Source: Carcharhinus longimanus (Eukaryota). Taken from it: a stretch of 59,694 nucleotides of DNA. The position numbers and the translations under genes are program-made. The DNA is taken from contig JASCQW010000032.1 of NCBI GenBank assembly GCA_030264375.1, positions 31,910,986 to 31,970,679 of the forward strand, written 5' to 3'. The notes under the pieces are model-generated. The model made no database searches. It was not told the DNA's origin and saw nothing but the letters and a program-made list of their open reading frames with translations. Shown piece after piece: positions 12,439 to 26,366 of this stretch (position 1 is the stretch's first letter; each line of letters opens with the position of its first letter).

Positions 12439-14724
12439 AACTTAGCAGATGTTTCTTGACACAACTGCTCAGGGGAATGATTGATTGTTTAAAGTGGTTG
12501 CAGTGACGTAATCTGCCTGTAATATGGTTTCTGACTACATGATTGTTTGTTTAGGCAATTTAATGGCCACTTAAGGAATTAAACATTTTTCCACGGGGTA
12601 TAGTATTTTTGCAGTATCAATGATAAGTTTTAATGAATTTTATTACATGGATTCAAATGCAATTCATTTACACTTGCATTTAAAAGAATTCCTATTAGTA
12701 CTGCATAGACTATCCACACTGGATGAGTGGTTATGGAGGATATATGGCAAGAGTGAAACAGTGTATGGAAACCTGAAGTGACATAGAAGGAGTATGTGGA
12801 ATTTGAGGGGCATCAAATGGGCACTGGGAATTTGAGAGGCATAGCAAGGGCAGGGGAATTGAGTGGGCATGGAGAGGCCATACTGTGCATATGAGGTTTG
12901 ACAGATGAGGCCTAGGGGGCATATAGATGGTATTGGAAGCTGGACTGCAATCACCAAGAAGTGAGACAGATTATCTAGCCAGCCTGCCTTCATATCCACA
13001 TTCCTCCCATACTCCATCATGGCTTGTAAACTACACAGCAAACCCATTATAAGACAAAAATCCTTGCTGAAGTCAGTCATGAGATAGGTGCATGGTTTCC
13101 ATTGCAACACAAAACTCCAACCACAGAAATTTTATTTCAGTAAATTCAGAGTAGCTGGTGATGCACGGAGAATTTGTAGTTGCCAAAAGGAGAAGATTTC
13201 ATTCCCATTTTAGAATAGCAACAATTGGAAAGCAAAAATAAGTACAGACCCTACATTTTGACTTCTGAGCCAGTGACTTTTCTTTCTGTTGAGGGCCACA
13301 TGTTGTGGTAACAGTAGCAAGGGACACCAGCAGCATTACATGACTTACAGTGCCATGAAGAAACAGCTGCAGGACAACTAAAGATGAATGAGCTGCAGAT
13401 TTCAGCTGAATGGCATACAATAAACACACAACGTGTTTCGAGTTCCATGCTGCTGGCATCAGATGGGCATCAATGCTACTGGTACACTTATAAACAACAG
13501 CCAGTGAAGGACGATTTTATATTCCAAAAAGTTCAAAGCAGAAACAGCTGCAATGTAATTAATACTGATAGGCAGTACAGAATATGGCAAGAGATGAGAG
13601 GGTAAGTGAAGAAAGTGTGATGCAGCTAGCAAAGCAAATAAAAGTACAAGTGAAAGACTGAAAAGACACAAGTTAATTTTGGCAAGAAGTCAGTACTGTG
13701 GACAATGTTACTGCAAAGCGCTATTTTTGACAATCTGGCGAACCTTGGTCATGTTGTTTGGACAGAGAACAGGGCATGTTGAACTTTGTGAGTTAAGCCC
13801 CTTACTCTTGTTTGAATAGGGAACAGGCATATAACATACCTTTCCAAAGAGTTATGATTGGGAAGCTTAAAATCAGTGTGGCAGCATCTTTTAGAGGGCT
13901 GAAGTTTGCCATTTAAAGGAGGATAAGTTGTGTTGCTGGATACATTAGTCATCATCGCACATGTGATCTGCACATTCAATTGGAGATAACTAGGTAGTGA
14001 TGGAGTTAAGTCACTTTCGAAATGATGCACTCAGTTACATAGGCTCTGAATCAAATTAAGCCTCAGTCACAGAATGTCTAAGCCAGGCTGGTCAACAGAA
14101 CTCCACATCAGATCACTGAGCAGCCAGTCTGGTTCACTATAGACCTTGTGGAGACAGAATGGTCACTGAAGGCAGGGTTTCTTCCCATTCAAGATGCAGA
14201 TAATCCTTTAGTTCAAAGATCTGAGAATTTGATCCGTCCCAGCTGCTACTCTCTTTGTAAGTGTTCGCAATTTTAGCAGCTTAACATTCACCAGTACCAG
14301 TCTCTCTAAGCTTTAACACTGTCTTCCTGCACTTAAGTGGAGTCTGTCTTCAGGGAAACTGAGGGAAGCATTTTAATCACAGAAAGTGTGCGGGTTTGAG
14401 TCTGGTGGTGATGGGGGTGGGGAGGTGGAGGGGGGAGGAGGGGAGCAGGTGAAGAACATTAAAGCCTGAAACATCTGAATTCTGACATAATCCCAACTTC
14501 CAATCCTACTACTTTGGGCTTTAACTGAGGCAAGAAGTTGCGTGGGCAGCCATCCCACTCTAGGGAGGTGGGCTGGCCCCTTAACTATTATAATGATACT
14601 CCAAGCCTCACTGTTTTGTAATTTGTAAAATCTAGTTAGGTAAATGCTATAATTAAGAAAGCCCACCAATGCCTCTACTTTCTCAGAAGATTAACTAAAA
14701 TTGGTGTGTCTGTTATGACTCTAA

Positions 14725-15497
14725 TCAATTTTCATAGATGCATCACAGCTTGGTATGGCTCCTGCTCCAACCAAGAATGCAAAAAAACTACAAAGGGATG
14801 TGAACGAAGCCCAGTTCAACACACAAACCAGCCTCTGTCTACACTTCCTGCTGCCTCAGAAAAGTAGCATAATCAAGGGTCCCATGCATCCCAGACACAC
14901 ACAACATAAGAAATAGGAGCAGGAATAGGCCATCTAGTGCCCTTCGAGCCTGCCCTACCATTCAATAAGATCATGGCTGATCTGAAGTGGATCAGTTCCA
15001 CTTTCCCGCTTTCTCNNNNNNNNNNNNNNNNNNNNNNNNNNNNNNNNNNNNNNNNNNNNNNNNNNNNNNNNNNNNNNNNNNNNNNNNNNNNNNNNNNNNN
15101 NNNNNNNNNNNNNNNTCACCAACTGCCAACCAGAATAGCACCCATTGATACCAACTCTCTGCTTCCTATTAGACAGCCAATCCTCTATCCACACTAACAC
15201 ACACTTTCACTTTCTTCCATTCAAAAAAGAATCAAAACTCCGAGATCACAAACCAACTCAAGAATAGCTTCTTCCCTGCTGCCAACAGAATTTTGAATGG
15301 ATCTACCATATATTAAGTTGATCTTTCGCTACACCTTAGCTGTGACTGTAATACTACATTCTGCACCCTCTCCTTTCCTCCTCCCTTATATACTCTATGA
15401 TATGTTTTGTCTGTATAGCGGATAAGAAGCAATACTTTTCACTGTATGTCAATACATATGACAATAATAAGTTAAATCAGATTAAATCAAAATCAAA
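14725..15497 (+). mobile_element. Rex1/Babar-type LINE 3' end, interrupted by a CR1
   Basis: Degenerate translation CITAWYGSCS.QECKKLQR.VNEAQ ... TNQLKNSFFPAA.R.LN, then a 3' UTR ending in (AAATC)n. Confidence 0.75.
14903..15200 (-). mobile_element. CR1 LINE (contains gap) nested in the Rex1-like element
   Basis: CR1 tail at 14903-14990. After the gap, WIEDWLSNRKQRVGING.YSGWQLV. Confidence 0.85.
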
Positions 15498-15880
15498 TCC
15501 TCTACCCCGGAGCTTCGAATCACCCCCAGACTTTCAACCTTCTCTTCTGCCTTCCCGCTCCCCTACCCCGAACCTCAAAGTCCTCCAATCACCTCCCCCT
15601 CTTTCAAGGCCCCAAACAGGCCTCAACCATCTCACATCCCACCCCACCAGCCGCCACATAGTGTAGATCAAACAGTTTAAAGTTTGCTCGCTATATATTT
15701 CTTATAAATTGGGATTAGGCATAAACACACCACACATTGCTGTATGCTTATGACAAATATGAGTTTATTTTAGTTCTGACTTGTCGCAAGTTTACTTTGA
15801 TTAAAATTTGTTATACATTGTAAATACAGTCATCTAAATTTGTATCATTAATAACTGCCTCAAATCACAGAATTACTTAC

Positions 15881-15979
15881 TTTTGTTTTGGAGTCTAAGA
15901 TTTTGACACCATAGATGGAGATTTGCAGTTCAACCTTGGGAGTCTTCTGACCCTCTGATTTCTTTATGTGCCTTGCAAA
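15881..15979 (-). CDS. GULP1: GULP1 internal coding exon, 99 bp, phase 0/0 ([33 protein letters not shown])
   Basis: T-tract plus tag|TTTGCA...ACAAAA|gtaagt. Near-identical to human [33 protein letters not shown] and in frame with both neighbouring exons. Confidence 0.97.
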
Positions 15980-16879
15980 CTATATTAAAAAAAAGTAAAG
16001 TAGTGTCAAAATTGTATCTCTGCCAATATTCCTCCAGTTTTTGTTTGCTCAAACAGCAATTTAGAGAATAATTTATATGCATATGAGAAAAANNNNNNNN
16101 NNNNNNNNNNNNNNNNNNNNNNNNNNNNNNNNNNNNNNNNNNNNNNNNNNNNNNNNNNNNNNNNNNNNNNNNNNNNNNNNNNNNNNNNNNNNCTCCTTAC
16201 ATTATAATCTGGAAAACAGGAACTGTATTAAAATTATTCAACACTTTGGAAAATCCTCAAATAAATACACAAGTACTGAACTTGTATTTTTGAAAAGCTC
16301 AATTGGTGTCGAAACCAATCAACAGCTCTGACTTTGTACATTTCACTTCGATGAAGTCTGTCAGCTTTACTAGGTTCAAATGATCAAACTGGCTTAATCA
16401 GAGCAATTTGTTCAATTATTTTTGACCTAGTCCTGCCAGTTTTCATTATCAGTCCCTCCTGATCATTATTAAGATGTGTTTCAATGATAATGACAATCTT
16501 CAGTTGACTCATTAATGGCATGTTCATTTCACTACCCTGCCACTGAGAGCAACTGTCAATGAAATCAAATTAATAAGATCTGAAGTTCAATTAATGAGGC
16601 AGTTCCTTGATAGCCTTGGAAGCAACATAAATTGAGCTGGTATTGTTGCAGGGCAGCCATGTATTCTATTCAATACCCAATGAGCTGTTCAAACTATTCA
16701 TGGGGGCAAACAACATTGTTTAACATTTATTAGGAATAATATGGCAGTTGGAATCAAAATTATGAAAATAATTAATACAAAATTACATTTTTCATTTGCT
16801 ATTCTGCTTACACAATGGGTCCAAAGTTTTCCACGAAAATGTACTTCATACTTAATTTATATTGTAGCATAATTCCATT

Positions 16880-19112
16880 AGGACATCACTATTCAAAAAG
16901 GGAGAGAAGCAACAAGTAGTCAACTATAGGCCAGTTAGTTTGATCCCTATGGTGGGGAAGCTGCTGGAATCAAATTAAGGAGGAAGTGAATGAACATTTG
17001 GAAAGGCAAAGCTCAATCCACAATTGTCAGCATGGATTTATGAAAGGTAAGTCATGCTTGACAAACTTGCTCGAGTTCTTTGAGGATATGACCAGCAAGG
17101 TGGATAGTGGGGAATTTGTGAATGTGGTATATCTGAACTTCCAGATGGTGTTTGACAAGGTGCCATGTAAGACTGATCCAGAAGGTAGATCACAGGGGAT
17201 TGAGGGTAGAGTACTGGAGTGGATTGAGGATTAGCTAACTGACAGAAAGCAGAGGGTCGGGATAAATGAGTCCATATGATGGACTCTAATTCTAACGGAT
17301 TTCTCAAACATGACCTCCCCTTGTCAAAGCCATGCTGACTCAGTCCTATTTTATCATGAACTTCCAAGTACTCCGTGATCTCATCTTTAATAATGGACTC
17401 TTAAAATCTTGCCAATGACTGAAGTCAGGCTAACCAGCCTAATTTCCCGTCTGCTGCCTCCTTCCCTTCTTAAACAGCAGCATTATATTAGCTGCATTCC
17501 AGTCCTCTGGGACCCTCCCTGCTTCCAGTGATTCCTGAAAGATCACCACCAATCCCCCACAGATTCCTCAGCTATCTGTTTTAGAACCCTGGGGTGTAAT
17601 CCATCACGCTCAGGTGATTTATCCATCTTCAGACCTTTCAGTTTCCCAAGAACCTTCTCCTTAGTGATGCCACTACACTTACCTGTGCTCCAGATTCTCC
17701 TGGAGCTCTGGCATCCCATTGGCATCTTCCACCGCGAAGATGGATGCAAAGTAACTATTCAGTTCCTCTACCATTTCTTTGTTTCCAACTATTACTTCTC
17801 CAGCTTTACTTTCCAGTGGTCCAATGTCTATTTTTGCTCTTTCTTACCTTCTATATATTGAAAAAAGCTTTTTCTCTCTTCTTTTATATTACTAGCTAGC
17901 TTACACTCATATTTCACCTTCTCCCCCTTATTGTTTTTTTATCAGCTGTCTTTTTCAGGTGGATCTATGGAACTCTTTGCTGCAGAAGACTGTGGAAGCC
18001 AGGTCATTGAGTGTCTTTAAGACAGAGGTAGATAGGTTCTTGATTAATAAGGGGATCAGGAGTTATGGGGAAAAGGTAGAATAGGGGTGAGAAAAATATC
18101 AGCCACGATTGAATGGTGGAGCAGACGTGATGGGCCAAGTGACCTAATTCTGCTCCTATGTCTTATGGTCTTATAATCTGCATGCAGAGACAGAGAATAA
18201 CATAGCAGAATTTGTGGATGATACTAAAATAGGTGGGAAAGCAAGCAGTGAAGAGATATAGGCTTGGAGAATGGGCCAAAGTAGGCAGATGGAGTTTAAT
18301 GTGGATAAGTGTGAGGTTGTCCATTTTGGCAGACAAAAAAAGAAAGGCAAATTATAACCTAAATGAAAAGCAAATTCAAAATACAGGCAGAGAGATCTGG
18401 TGTCTATGTTCATGAATCGCAGAATGTTGGTAAACAGGTGCAGCATGAATTAAAAAAAAGGCAAATGGGATGTTGGCATTTATTACAAAGGGACTGGAGT
18501 ATAAAAGTAGAGAAATGTTGTTGCAATTGTATAGGATATTGGTGAGCCCACATCTGAAATAGCGTGTCCAGTTTTGGTCTTCTTATTTGAGGAAGGATAT
18601 GGTAGCACTGGAGGCAGTTCAGAGGGGGTTTACCTGATTGATTCCAGGTATGAAAGGGTTGATGCTTGAGGAGATTAAATGGATTGGTCTTATACTCACT
18701 GGAGTTTACAAAGATGAGAGGGGATCTGATCGAGGTATATAAAATTTTAAAAGGGATCGACAAAGTAAATATAAATCAAGTGTTTCCTCTTATGGGGCAA
18801 CTTTGAACAAGAGGTCACAGGTATAGGTTGAGAAGCTGTAGATTTAAAACTGAAATGAGGAGGAACTACTTCTTGCAAAGGGTGGTGAATTTGGGAACTC
18901 GCTGTCCCACAGCATAATAGAATCTAAATCGTTGAATGGTTTCAAGGAGGAGATACATATATTTCTCATTTTAAAAAAAGGGATAAGGGGATATGGGGAA
19001 CAGGTGGGGAGGTGGAGAACCAGGAGAGATCAGTCATAATCTGACTGAACGGTGAAGCAGGCTTTAAGGGCTGAATTTGCCTACTTCTGCTCCCAACTCC
19101 AATGCTCCTATG
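16880..19112 (+). mobile_element. CR1 LINE (RT through 3' UTR), interrupted at about 17288-18173
   Basis: NYRPVSL, QHGFMKGKSCLTNLLEFFE, VVYLNFQMVFDKVP, WIED. It resumes at about 18180 with FVDDTKIGG and runs to a CR1 3' UTR near 19110. Confidence 0.88.
17288..18173. mobile_element. Second CR1 insertion: inverted segment (17288-~17945, minus) joined to a forward 3' end (~17955-18173)
   Basis: Minus-strand ITKEKVLGKLKGLK.DKSP..DGLHPRVLK and QHGFDKGRSCL are colinear with 57290-57935. A plus-strand 3' UTR ends cctatgtcttatggtctta. Confidence 0.8.
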
Positions 19113-19939
19113 AAGTTGTTCTATATTGTAATATGGTTCAGAATGTGATGATTTATGCTGCAAGATTACATGAACTCCATTTTCCATTTTGACTTCAGAT
19201 CAGTGTTATGGGAATGCAGGGAGAAATAATCTTTTACTTTCGCCAACCCTCACAATTTGCCTCCAGAAACATAACTACAGGCTATAACTACAGGTCCACT
19301 TCTACTACACAATGAAGAGTAGAACAATGTTTTGTTTTAGAAGTAGGAATAGAACAATAGAGAGAGAAAAAGACTGTAGAATGGAATTTTTTGAAACCAA
19401 AATTCTACCTCTTGCCAGTTGTTAAGTAATCCAATAACACAATGCTTAAAATACTTCATCTAAAAAGTGAAGGTCCTTTATCCATAATTTCTAAAATGAA
19501 GTAGAGACATTCTTGTTCCTCCAAATATTCAAATGCGTCATTTTACATACCCTAACTACAATAGGAATATATTTGCGGTATGAATAAGGGGTTTCCATAG
19601 CATCAAGTCTTTTCAACAATACAGAAGAAGTCATCATCTACCATTAAGTTGCAAGTAGCAACCATCATGAAATTCACAAAGACCATGGAATGAGACATTC
19701 ATTGCTCAATCTCCTACTGCATTCAATTTTGGTGTTATTCTGCAGAATGAAACTGGCTCTTCGTCTTAAGGTTACTTTTTTGAAGCAACTTCATAGTGAG
19801 AATGCCCTTTGAAAGAAGGACCTAGAAACAATTGAATAATTAACAGTGCAAAATGTAACTGAAAAGTGATATGGGCATCAATGTTCATCTAAATATTTGT
19901 TTGTATTGTACCTAATAAAACTATTCATTAGTGGTAGGA

Positions 19940-21090
19940 GAACATAGGAATAGAAGTAGGCCATTTAGTCCCTCCAGTCTTCCACCATTCAATTAGATCA
20001 TGGCTGATTTTAAGCTCATTTGTATACATAAATATCTTTGATTAATAAAAATCTGTCTCATATTTAAGTTTTACAATTGATCTAGCATCAACTGACATTT
20101 GCAGAATAGCTGCAAATGTTTATTATCCTTTGTGTAGAAATGGGTCCCACTTTCATCTCTGAAAGCTCTGGCACTAACTTATTGTTATTGTCCTGGATTC
20201 TCCCAACTAGTGGGCATAGCTCCTTTCTACCTACTCTATGCGTCCCACTTAATATTTTGAAAACCTAAAATCATGCCATAACCTTTGAAATGCCAATACA
20301 TCCCAAGTCTCTGTGATTNNNNNNNNNNNNNNNNNNNNNNNNNNNNNNNNNNNNNNNNNNNNNNNNNNNNNNNNNNNNNNNNNNNNNNNNNNNNNNNNNN
20401 NNNNNNNNNNNNNNNNNNATTTCCCCTCATGATTTAACCTTTCAACTCAGGATATCATTCTGGTAAATCTTTACTACTCCCCACCAAAAGCCATTATAAC
20501 CTTCCTGGGGGTGTGATTCTCAGAACTGCTCCGAGTTCTTCAGCTGTGGTCTAAACAAGGCTTTAATTATTTAAAGCATGACTTCTATCTCCTTCTATTC
20601 TCATCCTCTTTTTAAAAAGGGCAGCATTCTATTAGCCCTTTTTGGTTAGTTTCTGGAGCTTATGATGTTGCTTTAATGATCTGTGCACCTGGACCCCCGG
20701 TCCCTTTGGAACTCCACTGTTTCTGGCGCTTCACTATTTAGGAAGCATCCTGTTTGATCTTTTGTAGGACCAAAGTGGATGAACTCACATTTGCCTACAT
20801 TGAAATCCATCTGTCGCTTTCACTCTCAGCTGTCACTGCTCTTTCATTTAATCTATCAATTGCTTTTTCTAATGCTTTACTTCCATCTATACTATTTACA
20901 ATGCCACTTATCCTTGTTTGTGGTATTGTTTGATACCTAGCCTTTAATTTTATCATCTCTGAAGTTAATCAATAGTGAATAGTTGAGATTCCAACAAACA
21001 TCCTTGCTGGATACCATTAGTCACATCCTGCCATTTAGAGCATCTGTCCATCATTGCTACCCTCTGCTGTTTGCCATCGAGCCAATTCTT
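19940..21090 (-). mobile_element. Old CR1 LINE 3' part
   Basis: Tail-type gaacataggaatagaagtaggccattt...ccattcaattagatcatggctga. Reverse-complement remnants of the W.M.FNV.KC..IHFG region lie near 20770-20815. Confidence 0.75.
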
Positions 21091-23357
21091 GGTTTTGATA
21101 TTAAAAAAAATTATTTTAATTGCTTCCAGATGTCAGAGTTAAAATTAGATGTTACCAAGAAAAGAACAAATCAAAATATATTCCAAATAAAACGTGCTTA
21201 ATGAGGACAGTATTAAAATGTCACATCTTTCAAAAACAAATTTCCTTTCATTCTGACATGAAGTATTCTAAGAAAACAAAATACATTCTAAAACTGTCCC
21301 TATTTTGGAAACGATTCTGAAACAATTCAGAATGCTGCCTGTCCTATAATGAGATAAATATACTGTTCTGAGTCTGGTAGAGATCAGTTAAATTTGTATT
21401 TAAGAATCTGAAAACCCAAGTATTTACCAAAAGAATGAAGCCTTCAGGTTCACAGTTTTATCAAAAGCACTACATAAAAAGAAAATAACTTAAATGCTAA
21501 TAAATATCTTAAATAGTCAATTATGTTAAAGATATTCAAAAGTACAATGAACTCAGTTATTATAACCTACACTTATTTGACATGCATGCCCAATAAACAC
21601 AAGTCAGATACTTAACAAAAACCAGAAGATTAACCACTTGGAATGAGGACTGCTTCAAGGTTCAAGATCTCTTAGATCTTTCATCTACTTTTAGCAAGGA
21701 TGGCCCTATAAATCTGCTCCAACTACTCTATGGTTACAGATTCCCAGTTTAACATAGAGGTCTCTAGTTCCATAAACATAGCCATCTCAGGCCAGAACTC
21801 GCCTAGTTTTAATAGTCTTTAGCCCTAGAGTCTTGTATTTCAAACTCTCCCTCTTCTCAGCTTGGCCAAACCAGATGTCCAGCTCAGTGTTAGTTCAATT
21901 CACGAGAGTTTGCAATCTTTTAGCCAACGAACAAAATTTCAACTGAACTCAGAGTTTTCCCTACTGCAGCCAGCTTGGTTGAACTTCAAAACTAAACTGC
22001 TTGAATACAACACTACAACCTCAATCAACTCATCCCTATAATCAACTTGTTCTCTATTTTTCTATTGTTTAATCTCCCAGCAATTTGGTCACAAATTGAC
22101 TATGGTTATCAGGTAATTTACCAGAAATTTATTTTCAGAAAATCCAAGTTCTTAAAGGAGCCATCACCTGATACTAAATGTGGGACTGCTTTCTACCATA
22201 AAGAAAATGAGCCATCACAATATAGACTTTTTTAAAAAACTTAAAACATTTTCTGAAATATGACCCAATAATTCATCATGAGGATTGTATCTCAGTTTAT
22301 AAGATCATTAAAAAATTAGGGGAGTAGGCCATTTGGCTCTTCAAGCCTACTCTGCCATTCAATAAGATTATGGCTGATCTGATTATTGCTTTAACTCCAC
22401 TTTTCTGCCTTCTCCCTGTAACCGTGACTACTCAGGGACCAAGAATTCTGTCATTTATTTCCATCTTATTGCTCTCCTCTTTCATAAATGGAATGAAATT
22501 GTGTAGACCATAGCTTTACTTTTATGCTGGAAAACACTTCTCTGGAAGAGGGCAGCTTCATTTTCTTCTGATAACCGTACTCCAGGATAACCCAATCGGT
22601 AATTAAGTGCTGTATTCAGCTCAGAACATGATGAATCTCACCACAGAGTACCGATGACCTACTTAGATATAGCTTGTATGAAAGTTTACTTTCCTGCTGC
22701 TGCAGTTCTTTGTTTTATTGAACACATTTTTAAATTAATTGGGTGGGATAGTGGTCAGAAATATAGAGGAATCACAAGCCAAGGCCCACTGATGTGTATC
22801 CAATTTGTCCTCCCCCACCTAAATAAGGACAGGAAACAAGTTTGGCAAAATGCCTGATCCCCATGACTTCCACCTGTGCCAGTGCAAACCCCAGGCGCTA
22901 CGAGGAGAGGCATGGCAGCAGACCTTAGGCAGCAACAGATAGTTCGCAGGCAGGGAGGAGGCCCAGTTCAGGTAATGAAATCTTTGTAAATTCCCAAAGG
23001 ATAATCTACCTGCAGGGAGAGTGATAGATATTCATTTCTAGCCCTTTATTAGCTGATTAAATGAATTTCTGACAAATGGAAGGGAAGGATACATTATTTA
23101 TGGATAATAACTAATGGGGCTTGCTTCTGCTTCAGTTGTGTTTCATCACAGACCAACATCTGTATTCTGCCGACATTTATATAGGTAGGTCTAGACCAGG
23201 TATGACCTGATGATAATAAAGACTTTAAATGGAAATTATCTAAAGTTGAGTCTTGAAGATTTCCAGCATTGGAGCAGTGACTATATCCTTAGGCAGCTTG
23301 TTCCATTGTGGACTTTTTCTTGGGAAGAAAGACTGTTGATTTCATCTTAGAAATACA

Positions 23358-24305
23358 GGGCACGATTTTACCATTAACTTTACCTGTTTTCGGGTGTGAT
23401 AACTTAGTAAAGTCAGGCGTGAGGTGAGTAGCGCGATCTGCACCTGCCTCTTCACTGGTCCCCCTTTTCCAAGGTGCAAAAAATGGCCATGATCGGGACA
23501 GCATCTAAAACATTTTCATGCATTTAAACTGACTTAATGGACTGCATGCCCAACCTTACCAGCACATCCCCCTTTACCACTGCATTTGCCCATCCAGAAT
23601 CGGCGCAAAACAGATATGCTCCACGAAAGTCTGATTCAGGCGTTCCTGTTAGTAAGGAGGTAAGTGCCGAGCGTCCAACGGCTCTGCGTGAGCGCGATGG
23701 GGCCGGGGTGGGGCGGCGGTGGTGGGGGTGGGGGCATTCTGCCTGAGATCAGTGAGGGGGGCAGGGGCNNNNNNNNNNNNNNNNNNNNNNNNNNNNNNNN
23801 NNNNNNNNNNNNNNNNNNNNNNNNNNNNNNNNNNNNNNNNNNNNNNNNNNNNNNNNNNNNNNNNNNNNGGGTGGGGCGGCGGTGGTGGTGGTGGTGGCAT
23901 TCTGCCTGAGATCAGTGAGGGGGGAAGGGGAGGGGGGAGAGAGCCTGTGCTTGGTTTGGGTGGTAGAGGGGCTGGGAGAATGAGGAAGTCACTCATGTTG
24001 AGGGGGTGGGGCAATGTCTGGGCGGGGTCGGGGGAGGCATTATCTAGCCCGGGGGCAATGCAGCATGGGAGCAGCATTCTATCTTTTTCTCTGCGCATGC
24101 ACAGTTGAATGCTCTGATTGGAGCAACAGGGTTTCGGGCGTGTTAAGCCCTGCCCACAGGCTTGTGCAGTGTGATTCGGAATTGCTGTTTTTTTTTCAAG
24201 CAGATTGTGTATGGGGCCCTAGAGAATAGGTCTAAAAGTCAGATCTGAAATACTCCCAATTTCAAGTCCACCCAACACTTAGAATCAAATGGTAAAATAG
24301 GGTCC
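23358..24305. mobile_element. Non-autonomous Harbinger-type DNA transposon (MITE-like), G-rich centre with gap
   Basis: Left end GGGCACGATTTTACCATT versus right-end reverse complement GGACCCTATTTTACCATT (15/18 match). No coding capacity. The flanking trinucleotides ACA/AAA match only partly. Confidence 0.65.
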
Positions 24306-24414
24306 AAATGGTCTTTATAGTTTGTATGGATGGCTAGTTCATGTATTTTTCATTGTTCGAGGGCACCGGGCATTTGCTTTTGTCAATTCTTGCCAATCCA
24401 TTCCATATTCTATA

Positions 24415-24748
24415 AAATCATAGAATCCCCATAGTGCAAAAGAGGCCATTTGGCTCATCGCATCTGCACTGACTCTCTGACAGAGTATCTTACTCAGGCC
24501 TTCTTCCCCACACATTTACCATGGCTAATCCACAATCTACTCCTTGGAGCACATTGAGGAGCAATTTAGCATGACCAATCCACCTAACCCGCACATCTTT
24601 GGAATTTGGGAAGAAACCAGAACACCTAGAGGAAACCCACACAGAGACAGGGAGAATGTGCAAACTCCATATAGACAGTTACCTGAGGCTGGAATTGAAC
24701 CCAGGTCCCTGGAACTGAGAGGCAGCAGTGTTAACCACTGTGCCACAC
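24415..24748 (-). mobile_element. HE1-like tRNA SINE with CR1-like tail
   Basis: TGTGGCACAGTGGTTAACACTGCTGCC, GGGTTCAATTCC, the GGAGTTTGCACATTCTCCC core, and tail TGCACTATGGGGATTCTATGA. Confidence 0.9.
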
Positions 24749-25519
24749 ATGGTCAGTCTATTTTCTTCCACTTGTTATAATGATTTCCATTCTAAATTTT
24801 TAATCAAGGATGTGACACCAGTGTATTTCTTACAGAATCATGCTGTACATCTTCAGATCACAGATTTGGCTTAATTTGTTTAAGTGCATCCATTTGAAAC
24901 TTTATTTGGTCTTACAGAAACTTACAAGTTGACATGCCCTGAATGGGAACCTATGGGATGTTGCACAGTTGTTTCAGGGAAAAATTACTCTGAGACTTCC
25001 CAGATCTTGATTGATTAGAATTGACAGATTATGAAAATAATTTTTGCCAAAATTGGCTTCAAGGTATAGTGTTTTCACTCTTCTGAAAAAATGGGAAAAA
25101 TGACACTTGAATACATTGACAAATTCAGCTAAGAGTCCTGAAGGCTTTACAGTGCTAAATACATAATAAGCACAAGAGCTTATTCCAAACAAAACTCAAT
25201 CTTATGCCTGATCTGAACCAATGGATGGAATTTTCCATATATGAGACTAAATGCGGTGAGGAGCAGTTGAGGGCAGCCACCCCGCTGCTCAGAATGGGAG
25301 GAACTCATGCCTGATTCTGTGCTTGGGAGCTCATTAACAATGCATAGGTGAGATCAGACCAAATCACCTGGCAGCCTGGGAGCAGATTCATTCACCCACT
25401 GACCAGCAGCCATATTTAACCACCAGCTGAACACATATCTGATTCTCTTCATGCCACCTGTCTCCAGGAAGTCGGCAAAGATGTTTTCAATCCTCAAAAA
25501 GGCTACACGCCTCAAAGTG

Positions 25520-26150
25520 GTGGCAGTGCCCCGCTTCACCCTCCAGACCCTCGAGGTGTTGGTCAGGACAGTGCGAACAGGAATGACCTTTATCCCAGGA
25601 ATGGCTCAGGAAGTACACCAGCCTCACCTCTGCAGCCTGGGAAGTCAGCATGGCTAGTAAGCACATCTGAAATACCATTCAGACAGGAAGAGGATGAACG
25701 ATCCCATCCACTTCTTCAAGGTAACTCATCCTTCAACTCCCTCCAACATTAAAACTCTTGTCATGGCACCAGACATGCAAATAACTACTTTCTTCACAAA
25801 TGTCACACAACCATTAGTAAGGGACACATAATAATTTTCATTCTCTCAAAACTTTCATATCACCTCCACCCCATCGATTACGTTGTACAGCCTCCATCCT
25901 CTGACCCTTCTGGGGAGGGCTCACCACGCAGAGGGAACATGCATCTCATCTAATCTCTGCTCCATCTCTTATCATATGGCTTCTTTCTGTCTTCAAATAG
26001 GGCAAGCTGGCACACAAATAATGGGAAACAGTGCAGGCTGGAGAGGGGTTGCCGACATCATTGTGCTCAGAGTTAAAGGTGGTGGCAGCTGAGCTGTCTG
26101 AGGAGGAGAGGATTCACTCCTGTGGGGAAGGGGAGATCAGTTTGATCCAC
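25520..26150 (+). pseudogene. Harbinger Myb/SANT-like (trihelix) DNA-binding protein remnant, intron-containing
   Basis: PRFTLQTLEVLVRTVRT ... RKRMNDPIHFFK|gtaact (donor at about 25721). Then polypyrimidine-ag|GKLAHK*WETVQAGEG...DIIVL at about 26001, like the PRF...LE.L / RKR.NDL / KLAHN.RE...TGGG pattern of Harbinger ORF2 proteins. Frameshifted, and may extend to about 27260. Confidence 0.6.
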
Positions 26151-26366
26151 CAATTTAATATGGATCACAGCTTCTTCACATCCTGGCAATCACAATCGCA
26201 TGCAATCTTATAGCGTTTACGCTCTTCGACTGAAACAGTATTCTTTATTTCCAATGCAGCAGCAGGTCCACAACCCAGAAGGAAAGAACAGGATTCTTAT
26301 TTCTCTCTTTTACTGTTTATTCCTTCTGGGAAAGCAGTCCAGCATCAGTTCACACCCCAAGATCAC

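Noticed and set aside
11905-14640. Possible large Harbinger-derived element starting GGGGCTGGATTTTC, with degenerate gggcat motifs at 12780-12930
   Set aside because: No convincing right TIR or TSD could be identified by eye.
21430-22280. LTR-like stretch with a TATA-like motif
   Set aside because: No clear TG...CA boundaries, TSD or second copy in the window.
23705-23930. G-rich unit of about 60 bp repeated on both sides of an N gap; Gly/Pro-rich ORFs; possible G-quadruplex
   Set aside because: The repeat straddles a gap inside a MITE, so it could be a collapsed tandem or a contig overlap. The ORFs are low-complexity and run through Ns.
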